A DNA stretch of 64,000 bases from Phoronis australis (Eukaryota; Animalia; Phoronida), in NCBI GenBank assembly GCA_002633005.1, contig NMRA01000523.1, forward strand, positions 60,748-124,747. Direction: 5' to 3'. The notes beneath the pieces are model-generated. The model did not search any database. It worked only from the letters and a program-made list of their open reading frames with translations, and was not told where the DNA came from. This document shows, in pieces, positions 12,880 through 25,300 of this stretch (positions within the stretch are counted from its first letter, which is position 1; each line of letters begins with the position of its first letter). The position numbers were made by a program, and so were the translations under genes.

Positions 12880-12952
12880 AATAATAATAATTATAGTAAT
12901 AATAATAATAATCATGGTAGTGATGGTGGTGGTGGTCGTCGTCGTAGTAGTA
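12880..12952. repeat. compound trinucleotide microsatellite (AAT/GGT/GTC/AGT)
   Basis: Seen directly in sequence. Confidence 0.8.
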
Positions 12953-13324
12953 AAACGATCTTGATCTTAACGCCGTCACAATGAAGAGTAATTAATGAGA
13001 AGGACTTGCGGCCGTTTTCTGACCGGCCAAACGGTTGCCCGCAGTCTTTTCATCCTGAAGACAACACTTTTATTCTCTATGCTGGTTAACTCTGTATGCA
13101 TTTCAAGCTGGAAAAGTTATTATGTTCGACTGATTTGAATTCATCGCTTGACCTGTTGCTTGATTGTCCGACTTACCTAGCCAGAGGGTTTTCCAGGGCC
13201 GCGCTGATCGGGCTGCCATGCAACTGGTGTCGGAGTATTCAGCTGTGACATCTATTGATAACAACGAAAAACAACTGTGTGCAATAGAGGGCGCTTTATA
13301 TTTCCGGTAAACTTTCTTGAGGAA

Positions 13325-13374
13325 ATGGCCCTTTTAACAGCGAATTGGACCCCTCTTGGTGATGTTTTTTACAG
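13325..13374 (+). CDS. VPS16: VPS16 exon 1
   Basis: [16 protein letters not shown](R); donor GTATGT. Confidence 0.93.
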
Positions 13375-16300
13375 GTATGTGTTCATGGGCATGTCAATTT
13401 TTACCATAAAACCCAAACGTATTGACCAAACGTCAAAAGCATGCCGGGCGAGAGCTGCGGCTGACATTCTCTCACTCTCAGTCTAGCTGAAGACTAAATA
13501 ATAAAACAGAGCTGCTACTCGGAGTAGGACCTACTCCTAGTCCTATTTATTATGTTAATGGTTGGTTTACCGACTGAAGTCGTGCACATGTAGTATTATT
13601 TACTTGGAATGTTACACTCTTATGACTTTGCTCGCTATTCGTTATTCGTATTTCAAGGTGGGTGTGTGCAGTTGAGTTGTTGCTTACCTTGGCATTGCAA
13701 TTGCATCCATTGCCAAGGGCCTTGGGCTTGGCATTGGGGATTCCGTAGACATTTGTTGTGATAAAAAACTTTCTGTGCTGTGCGTGCTTTTAGACCATAA
13801 GGCTGAACTGAGCTTCTGTTTTATGGACGATTTCACCACAAGTGTTTCAGTTGGTATCAATTTCTCTGCTGAGTAATCGCCATTTTACTTTAAAGGAGCT
13901 AGTCTCTATTTTCCTGGGTCAAGAAATATTGAATGGAAAAGTACTTCTGTCAGTCACCACCCATCAATTTGAAAGGAACTTCAGCTATTAAAACTTGATT
14001 ACTGCAGACACCAACTAATGATTATCTAAACCAGATTTGCTGAATAGAGTTGATGTAAACATTTCCTGTCTAAAAGAATTGTGGGAGAATTTAAAGAGAG
14101 CGCAAAGTGAACAGTTGAAATTAGAGTGTAGCACAATGTTGCAGCCTGTAGAGAACCCTGGAGATGGAGTTGTGACAAACGCTTGACTAAATTACGAAAT
14201 AAGTTTGGCAAGATGTTCGTTATAGTTTGGCAAAGTCTCATCTGACAGAATGCAGTCGAAGTCTGTCGTAACTTATTTTTGAAAACTTATACTGCATGCA
14301 TTTTATTTGATCTTTTCTGTCCAGGAAGTCTGAGCTGTACTCCATGTACTGGACAGATCAAGTGGACCTCGACAAGTTCACGGTTGCTTCCACTTCATTT
14401 GGAGGTCCTATAGGTAACAGTTTAGAGCAGTCACAATATTACAGTTAAGGCTCAACTATTCAGAACCCAGAGGGGGCGATAAAACAATTGTCTTCTCATC
14501 CAGGACCATAAACCCTTTGTTAAGCTGTGCTTACTCACACAGAGCAGGGCTCACAAAGAACTACTTTCACTGATCTTCCATGTTGATTTCGATAGGCCTA
14601 TTGTGTTTGAATGGTGCACATAATTTTCAATGGGTCCACAAAATTATAAGCCACTGTGCATGCTAGTTACCTCCTCCGAGACCAAAATGATATTCCTGTT
14701 AGTTTGTGTAGGACCTTGTTGACAAGCCTTTGTATTGATCCAAATCTATACAAAATTCTTCATTTTTACCTAGCAAAAGTATATATATTCTTTAAAGTAA
14801 AGCCTATGAAATTTGATTTTTTGACTATTTTTCAATCTGCCATCGATTGGGTCATAGAAGTAGAATGTATCAAATAGGAAAAGGTACATTGATAGCAAAA
14901 CTATGGTACCGATAAGATTGCCAAATTTGACTGTTAAACATGTATGTTCAAGATGAAATCTCAAAAACGCAGTTTTCTAAATTATGGTTTATTTTTTGCT
15001 AGCTTTATGTTTTTTAATGAAAGTCATAAAATTCTTAACACTAAAGCCAGCCCTATGATTTTCTGAAGAAACTGTTTGTACTTGCAAATGGAAAGTAAAG
15101 ATTTATCATGGTGATGCTGGTTTTGTAAGAGTAAGTGGCACTGACTTGATTTTTGAATATTTGGCAGCTGAAAAGAAGAAAATTATTGTAATTGAAAAGA
15201 ATTTTCAAAAATTTATCATGTGATCAACTTTCAGCTTTAATTAGAGATGACTCAAAACAAGGTCGAAGCTCTGTTGCTGCAAAACCCATCATCTACATAT
15301 TCTCGGCTGCTGGGCGAGAAATATCATCGATAAAGGTATGATGGCTGTTGTCTTAGAAAGTTTCCAAGACTTGATTTCTGACCTATTCGATCTATGGATT
15401 GACATTTATTAAAAAATATGGTGGTTGTGGTTGTTTTGTTGTCTGTGTGGTTTGTATCATTTTGTAAAGTCATATTTTCAAATTTTTTGATATTGACAGA
15501 TTGGGTTTTTAAAGAGCCATCTGTAGTGCTGGGCTATCATGAGTGTTATTTCATTGATAGACTTAGTTTTTGAGTTATTTTAACTGCTATAAACCAAGGT
15601 CATTGTACCTAAATAGTATTATATAATAGTATGTCACTCATGCTAGACTGTTCATGACCTTTGACCTGCAATACCTCACCCACCACCACACATTAATTGT
15701 ATTGAATGAGCAGCCTTGAAATTCTTGAGGTGTTGCTAGTGAATTCAGTCAGGGGTCTGTCACACGAAAAGGGACTTAAGACTGGAATTTGGTCTTGTGT
15801 TCTACACAACTATTTCAGAAAAATAATCGAATCTCGCTTGAACAAAACTGCAGTCTCTGAGAATATACGCATAACTGCTAGTTACGGAGATAATTTTTAT
15901 TAATTATATCTTGAATGTGATGCACTTGGTATACTTGGCTAAACCTTTTTTCACCATTGTGCAGTGGATGTGTATGTCAGATTAAATTTTTGTCTTAAGT
16001 CTCAAAGACGTATGCATGCTCCTAACTATGGCAGGAACTAAAGGACAAATTATGCTATTTGAACATCATCTACACTAAACAAAGTGCAGTTGTAATTATT
16101 GAAAACTTGTAAAATATTATGAAAACAAGAAATTTGTAAATAGGTGACCTTTGCATTAATTACGTAACTTGGGAGCTCACGTAGCCCACATCATGCAATG
16201 ATTGTTATTTCCCAAGACCACGTCACAATATTTACTGGACACGGTTGAATAATTTACAGCGGATCATTTTCGACACAAAATTCGTTCTTAAAAACATTTG

Positions 16301-19300
16301 GCAATTTTCAACCTACTTTGTAGTCACATAATTGCTATATGTTGTGTTTCTAGTAACTAATTTGGCCAAGCAATCTGAATTATAGGGAATTAGCGTGCAA
16401 GTTCCACTTTGTCACTTTCACGAAACAGTCCCCAGTTCCTACATTCTGTTAAGTAGTTTTTTGTTCTCTGTCTGTTCACATATTAAGATGTTACTTCAGG
16501 GCTTGGAATTTTCCTCGTTTAAGAGTATTTCCTCTTTTTTGGTTTCGATTTGCTCTTATTTGATTTCCAGTTTGCTCTTTTTATGTCTTTTTATCGTTAT
16601 TTTAACTTTGTTCATGCAAAAACATTTATTTCAGTTAAATTTTACAACTTGCACAAATAGTATTTCTATCACACAACCTTATTTATTTGTGGAACAATAC
16701 AGCACCTGGAAAATGTTTTCTTTTTGTCATTGGTCATTACAAGCCTTAAAACTTACTCCACTTAGCACCACCTAGAGAATATCGTGTGTTCTGTCGACTT
16801 GGAAACTGCTCCATGTGTGCAATTAGTTTCTCTTGTTTCAAAAATGTGTATTGCTACCCTAAGCTGTTGTGTTTTGCAGTGGAAGAGTGGTCACGTGATA
16901 AGTCTGGGCTGGTCCACTGCAGAAGATCTCCTATGTATCCAGGATGATGGGTCTGTCCTTGTGTACAATATGTTTGGCAAGTTTGTCCGCACATTTGGCA
17001 TGGGAAATGTAAGTTCGGAACTTGGTCATCCCTTGTTTTGGGATGTTGGTTAAGCTTGCTGTCACAATCGAACTATTTCACAATAGTACGGTAATAAGAT
17101 GGTCTCTGATTACTCAGTTGCAACATCCGTCAAGCAGTTCCCTGGCATCATTTTTACGCCAGATTGAAGTTTCTTGTGTTATTTGTTTTACTGCTGTGCT
17201 GTGAGCTGGAACTCTGACAAATTTGAGAAGTCTCCGTGGATATGTTATTTTCCGACATGATGGAACCAGCCCGACAATATTAAAACAAAGCTAATGTAAC
17301 AATGCGTATTCCTACCTCTTAACCAAGGGTGATTTCTATCCCGGACCATCCTATTGTTTGACTTCAATTTAACACACAATTCTCTGATTTATGAGGGGAA
17401 TTTAGTGTCAAATTACTAAGCAAAACTAAACATTTAAAAATTTTAACTTTACTGAATATTAGTACCATTGTTTGTTTTTGTACAAAACTAAAGAGTGATG
17501 ACTGTGTTTCTGTAATACTTATTGGCTATAAACAGTCTGGAAAGGTTTGATCTATAGTGAATTCAGAGAGCAATTGGCTCTGCCAATTTAAAAGCAAGTG
17601 TAAATATCATAGCTAATTTTGAAGCAGTGAAAAATTGTTGAATTTAGTGTATCAGTCAAAACAGTTTCATCAGTCAGAATACTATTCAATGAATTATGAA
17701 TTTGTCATACTTGTCGAAATCCTGCAATAATGAACTTGTTTCTTGCACACAGTTTGCCTACTCATCCAAATGGTTGTTACTCTGTCTGATTTCAATTTTG
17801 CTGCCGTACGGTTTTACGGTAGTGTGACTGTGTTTTATTTTCAACAAGCCAGCATTATAATGCGGCGTAAAATCATTATGAAACAATGTAAAGGACTAAT
17901 CTTAGAGTTTCATTTCTCAACACTGTTGTACTTGACCAACATTAACTCGACTCTAAAATAGCATCTAGTTTACTAGAAGCACTTTAAGAGATACGTTGAG
18001 GCTATGAAAATACCCGAGTTGTTCTGTAAGCTTCTGTTGATCAAAACGACTCTGGTGCCGGGGCACTTGATGACCCTGTATTTTAGCTGCAAACTCAAGT
18101 AGATCTCAAGGTTTTGGGTAAAAACTCAAAGTTTTGAGAACTATCACTAAGTTTTAGATTCAATGCTAGGGTCATCAAGTTTAATTTAAGTTGGATTTAA
18201 CGGAAATACAGGTAAGCCATTTTGTACTTGAGCATAAAACGATAAGCACTTGTCTTATACTTAAAAAAGTTGAACAAAAGGTGTCAAAAACAATAGAAAG
18301 ATTAGACCTCGGGTCTTAAGGTAAACTACTGTAAATCTATGGGTTGCGTCATATGCTTAAAGACATGATAGACAGGTCTTGATTCACAGAGTCACCCCAC
18401 TCTATGCCTCGCGTTTCCCGTGTTTGCTTAAAGCATGGCTCCACCCTGGACAAGTGTATTTTGCCCGTATTAAGAAATTGCTCGCTCATGGGTGTACATT
18501 GCATTCTTTATTTACAGGAAGCCAAGGAAACGAAAGCTTTACAGGCGAAGGTATTCCAAAGTTACCAGGGCACAGGCATAGCCATACTGACTGGTACATA
18601 CAGGGTATTCATTGTGAACAACATCGATGAGTTGAGGATACGTCGTTTAGCCGAGGTGCCTGGTAAGAGGTTTTGGGTGATATTCCCAAATACTGGATGT
18701 CATTCTCCAGAAAATGGGGGCACGGGAGAGTTTCGTTAAATAACAGACAGACTTTCCACAAAACTTTTGTAGGATGGCAAATGAATCCTCTCACTGACAG
18801 ACAATGAGTGTTCTTTTAAGCTGAATGCAATTTTTTCACAAGACATATTTCCTTTGTCACTCACCGCATTTCTTTTCCTACAAATGCATTTCTTTTTCCT
18901 TGAACCTCAGTCCTTTTCACTTTCTGACTGGTGAAGTTGTGATTTACAAACCAAGAAAACTGTTGTGGTTCATGGAAAGGGATATAACAAATACATGAGA
19001 AAAGAGTTGTGCTCACGAGAAAGGACTACTGCAAGTAAAAGCATCCGTGCAGTTCATGAGGGATAAAATGAATAATTCAATTAATTTTTTACTTAGTAAT
19101 ACATGTATTTGCAGATTGATGGTTCTGAATTATAGTAGAACTGTCCCAATTCAATGTTTTGTCCACTTCTGCCACAGTGAACATTGTAGACTTGGATAGA
19201 CACTGGTAATGAATACTTTGGCAGGACAATTTCATTGTTTTATCAGCCTTTATTTTATTTCTCAATTTGTCCACGTTTCTCTGATGGTTTGTGCTGGACT

Positions 19301-22300
19301 ATTTTCAGCCCTCGACTCTCTTCCGACATGTTGGGCTGTTGTTAGCCATGAGCGTGAGTCACGCGCCCTGGTGGCCTGTGGCAATAAACTATATTTGCTT
19401 GACCATGGTGGACAATATCAGGAGCAGGTAAGGCCCATAACAAATCCAGATCTTTTCACTATTTACTGATGGCAGGGTTTTTTGTAATCAAGCAAACAGG
19501 CCCAGACAAGGCCAGATAACATTAATCAGGAAACTCTCTGTAATGACAAATACGCCATAATTTAGTTGGTTCTACCAGTTCTAACAAAAAACTGACTATG
19601 AGTACGTTCACCCAACTAAAATATGCTGTGTCTAATTAAAATCGTGAATATTTATATTTGTAGCAAGCGTCACCTAGTGACTTCCTGGAGAACTATGTGA
19701 ACAAGTATAATCTTGAAAAGAAACAACTGCTTTTTTGAAGAAACAACTGATACACTTAAAAACAAATGTATGAACAGTAAGCCTTTAGTAATTCCAAATT
19801 ACGTATTCATTATTTGATAGTGAAATGAACAAATAATAAAAACTTTGCTTTCTTGGGGTACAATGAAATATTAATGTTGGTAGTACTCATTTACATAAAA
19901 ATAGTGTCGCGAAACGAGGCTTTGGTGAAATTGTAATGGTAACTGGTTCTCTGATGGTTTCTGGCTCACTAGAGGACACGGGGTTGTTTGTAAATTAGTG
20001 CAGAACTTCATTTGCGTAAACTATTTACAATTTAATGAGACTATGTATCTGTAACCACTAGCCTATTTACACCTCACAGCTACTTGGAGGAAACTTGTGA
20101 TAGAGGTGCTATTCGTATTTTTATTAATGATAATGTTTTTTTTGATCTTCTTGATCAGTTATGAAAGCGGTTTAATTTCCATTGTTTGTTCTTGGCACCT
20201 CGTTGTCATCAGTGGTAGGTCTGCCTTTTCTGGTAAAGTGTCTTCAAATTGGAATATAAGGAAATGTTGAAATTGTCATTTTTAAAATGTCACTGCGTTG
20301 CAAAAATGCTCAGAATTTTGTCATGTGCTTTTCATGACATCTGCTCTATACAAACTGCTGCTAAGGAAAAACGAGAAAAATCTTTTTCTTCAGCTACTGG
20401 TAGAAATTAAATTTAATTTGTTGCTTGGCCACACTGTTCTCTAAACTAAAAAAACAAAAAGTGATAAAAACTTAGCTCTCCTAAGCAGAAGTTCTCCGTT
20501 TTTTATAGAAAACAATCATTTTCAGACACCAGATGTCTCCACTGCTTATGACTCATACCTGGCAATGGCTGTCTCGTTCAACAACAAACACCTGGCCTTT
20601 GTGACTGACTCTGGCATTCTCTGGATTGGTTCATCAGACCTGAGAAAGTGCTACTGTGAATTCAACACCAAGTGTTCAGTGCCACCAAAGCAGCTGGTTT
20701 GGTAAGAACTCATTAATACTACGGTGCTGATTGAAACATTTTACCAGGTAAACCTACACAAAAATATAGGGTGACCCGAAAATGCACAACTTGGTAACAC
20801 CTTGTTGTAAAAGTAGGCACGTTAGCTGTTATATGCTCTGTATCCATGCATTGGGTAAGGCAAACAAACGACTTGGTTTTGGAGTATGAAAATCACCAAA
20901 AGCTACTGGTAAATGTGCACTCACTGTTCATGGTATATGCCATTAATCTTCTTACCATAACATTTATTTGAGTTTAACGTTGCAATACACTTTGATCATC
21001 TATTTATGATCATTTTAAACCAGTGATCTTTTGTCTCGGCCGATGATCGCCGCAATTATTGTCATTTGAAGTGTGATTACATTTTTGGCAACACCTTGTA
21101 GAGTAACAACACAGTGCATGTGAATAATTACATTCACTTCATGCGATCATGGCAGACGGCAGCCAAATATGAAGGGGAGATAACTACTGTAAAATCTGGT
21201 GCAAGTGTGTGTGACAGTGTGTAACATGCATTTTGCTTCTAGGTGTGGAGGAGGTGCAGTTGTGGGTTACTGGGAGAACACTCTGCTTATGGTGGGGCCC
21301 CAGAAGGACTACATTAGATATCCTTTTTGTACATGGTGGTCTCTGCTGCAGTGTCTAGAAATTGTGTTTAATTCAGACACTGAATATTAGTTAATCTATT
21401 TTCCTAAAGTCGGCCGTCATGTGGTCTTTAAGAACTAGTTGCTGTAAACTGATTGTTACTAGAATTGGTTTGAATTCATAATGAAAATTCTTGCTGAGTC
21501 CTAAATGTTCTCATGATTCAAAGGTGTTAGTTGTTCTGTTAGTTTCTACAATGGTTTAGTTAATATTGGTTTTGACATTTTTTAGCAAGTCAAGTTCCTT
21601 AATGAACTTCATTAGCATTGACTAATTTAAAATAAAATGTTCTTAATAGTCATTATTTTCAATGTACACTTTTTTCCTTAACACTCCTCACTTATTCTTT
21701 AGACAGCCCAGTTCATTTAGTTCCAGAGATGGATGGTCTCAGAATTGTGGGAAATTTTACTCACGAGTTTCTCCAGAAGGTTCCCCGTAAGTAAAATACT
21801 GACTAGATAATGTGTAAGTTGCTAATATGCAAACTCAGGAATGGGAGTCAGACAGATAAGATCAATCCTAGAATTTGTTTCGTAAAAATTTTCAAAAATG
21901 AGACAGGCACACTCACTTGATATTGAAATGCTCATGACTGTCAAGCAATAGGATACCATACAGGAGAGACACGAGTGCTTTCTGCAGATCAGATTTCTTG
22001 CGATAAAAGCAAGATCTTGCCAGACCCCACAAGTATGCTCTGCAACTCTTGATTATCTGCCCTGGCTTGCAAAATGGCAGCCACTGAAGTGATTGGTTGG
22101 TGAGGTTGGAATGTTGATTTATGGGATTGAATTCACTGTTTCCATTCCATTTTTACAGATTTTTTGCAGGAACGAGTGCTTACCAATAGGTACTACGGAA
22201 TGCTGCACTGCTAAAAAAAACTGAAAAGTGCATTATATTGAGTATAGGTACAAGGGCCTACTAAATACATGCATATGAATGCACAGTTGCAGTGAGTGGG

Positions 22301-25300
22301 TAGATAAAGTACACTGTAGGGTGATTTTCACATTTTCTACAAGTAAAGCATTTTTGAAAAAAAGTTTGTTGAACATTTAATATGACATTTAAGTTTTATC
22401 CAAATTCCATTATATGGACTGTTCTCCTCGTAGCTGTTGTCGAGGACATTTTCAAGATTGGATCCATGGAGCCGGGTGCCATATTGTTCGAGGCGTCTAA
22501 AGAGTTCCAAAAGAAGAGCCAGAAGGCGGATGAATACATCCGCATGATCAAGGACAAACTTGATCAGGCGGTAGACCAGTGTATTCAGGCTGCTGGGGAG
22601 GAGTACCTGTCGTCTACGCAGAAATCACTACTCAAGGTATGCAAAATTAGGTCAACTCAAAATCGCTTGCCTCACATGTAAAATGAATTACCTTAATACG
22701 ATTTAGACTAATTACGAAGTTGCAAACTCAGTGTCAATAATTCTCCATCTTGACTGGTCATCCCTTCATATCATAGATCCAATGTATTTTTGTACCATCT
22801 AGTGGCCATTTTTATTTTTGCGAGTCCATTTTTGAGGTCCACCTCTTTATCTGCCAAACTGCTTAAAGGATTATTTAAAAAAACTTGACAGATGTGCTCC
22901 TGATGAGAAGACACTGATTTTTGGACAGATGTAGCAACTGTTGTGCCTCCTGTTGGCGATTTTGTCTTTTTAGCATCCTCAGTTGTATCTCCTTACTCCT
23001 TGGAAGGATCTTTGTGAAACTTTGCAAGTGTTATAATACTATAAAATGTGACTATGATTGCCTCTGTCTTCTGGACAATTGACCTATCGCAAGTTCCTCC
23101 CCCTTGCGTAATGTCGACTAACAAACAATAAGTTTTACCTGGCAACTTGTTTGTCGGGTAAAATGGCGGCTTGGAAACGAAGGTGTGTCAAGAATGATGA
23201 TTTCTAAATGGTCAGTTGAGCTGTCACTCAAAATCCTGGCAATAGGTCAATTCTGACTACCGCTGTACCCCTGGTGGCTATTAGTTTTTATGCTTGCCTT
23301 AAGTTTGTATCTTTGATGGTTTTTATTGAAATTTGGCAAGCATTTAGTAAGTTTCTGTTTTTTATGGCTATAGTACATGTATCTTTCCATTTTGGGATGG
23401 ATTTGACGTATTCGCCCCCTCCCAGTGTCCATTTTTGACACTAATAAACACCTCTAGAAGCACACTGTTTGTGTTGCAGTCATAGGCGCATTTCAATGCT
23501 TGGTGTTATTCTTGTTATTTTTAAGTACTGTGAAATATAAACCACTTGGTGAGTGCAAATTGGCATGAAGACATTGCAGTTTCCACCATTACGCCTTCAT
23601 ACAAAAGTTGTGTTTTCAAAGGCTATTAGTGACTTTCAATAAACATCATTTTGGGTGGGTGCACCTGCACCCTGAATGCGTTGACATACAGCTTGCGATC
23701 GCTTTGATATAATCAAGTGCCATTTTCTGTACGTATTGTTTTGCATTAAAAACTACCTATTGTATGAATACAAAATACGATCTTTCCCAAAATATAATCG
23801 ATTGTTCCTTTGTGTATTCAGAGCGTCTCTTGAAAGTTTTTTCATGATATCTCCACAACATTTTGGTTAAAAAACTGGTAGCTGACTGACTGCACCAAGG
23901 ATCCTCCTGTGAATAACGAAATTTGTAAATTTAAACAATTGACTTCCTCAATCAGTCATCATGTTGGTTTTGAGATCCAAAAAGTGGAGTCTGCAACTCA
24001 ACATATTGACCTCAGTGAAAGTCAGTATTTGTAAATGTGTTTACTCATCTGCATTATCAGTGAATACAGTATTTTTAATTCAAGAAGAATGAAGTCAAGC
24101 AAATTGGCAGAATATTATGTGTCCTTTCTATTACATGAAATGTGTTTAGAATGGAGGGACAGAGGATACACTATAAACAAGGGATATCTGCCTATGCCAA
24201 TATGCAAATCCCTTTATGTGACACTTTCAACTGACCAATGGTAGCACGTCCCATTATTAAGTCTGAAAAATCTTTTTGTCAATTGGTTGTTACTTGCCAC
24301 CTGGTTTGATATTCCATTTTTCCCAACCACATTTTTCTCTGTTTCAGGCTGCGTCCTTTGGCAAGTCTTTCCTGACCGACCTTCACCCCGAGCCGTTTGT
24401 TAAAATGTGTCAGGAGTTGAGGGTGCTCAACGCGGTCAGGGATTATAAAATAGGAATACCGCTTACTTATATGCAGTATCCTTTATGTTGCGTATTACCT
24501 AGTACTTTAACACTTTTGTCACTCTGTGCTTCTTTAATTTCTCAGAATTTCAACCTATTATGCAGTCTGCTTAGCATTCAGCAAATACAGTACAAGCCAC
24601 AAGTATTCAGTCAAGGTGACTCTGAATTCCCTGACATGACGGTTGGGCGCAAGTCAAATCATCATCACAGTAGTCTTCTCTCATGACCAAGAATGACAGG
24701 AGTTAGAGGAAAGTTTTTAAGGTGGCTAAGTCGTTAAAATTTTGCGGCCCAAATAGTTATTACCAGGTGTGAATAGAATTGAATAGAATTAGTTCTCATG
24801 ACAGGGAAAATGTTTTTTTGTGTGATTACTTTAATTTGTCTTGTACTGAAAAATGCTGTTTTGATTATTTACTGGTATTAAGTATTAATGAACTAAGTAC
24901 TGAAAAGCACAATTAATTGTTCAGAGCACTCACCTGGGTTACATTAAGTTACACTGTAATGAAGGTCTAACTCTAACGAGGGTGATTGACAACCAAATCA
25001 TGATTGATTAGCTAATAAAAAACCTGAGTTTAGTAACTTTATTTAATAGTACGCTGACAGAACTATTGCACAGGTAAGCTTATGATTGCCCTGCTAATGG
25101 TAACATGTAGTACCAGACAATGATTTTTCTGTTCTCAGGAGGGAAACATTTTCTTTGAAACTGACATGGGGGCATGCATTTGTGTCCACTTTTACAGCTC
25201 AAACATATGTCCCTAATTTACTTTCCATGACCGTAACCCCAGATTGAAGCACTTGAATCTCCAGGTACTCATAGATAGACTCGTGTTCCGACGTCAATTC

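Noticed and set aside
23190-23260. ATGATGA...CTGA as a C/D snoRNA in a VPS16 intron
   Set aside because: No terminal stem outside the boxes and no recognisable rRNA guide; the region looks repeat-derived.
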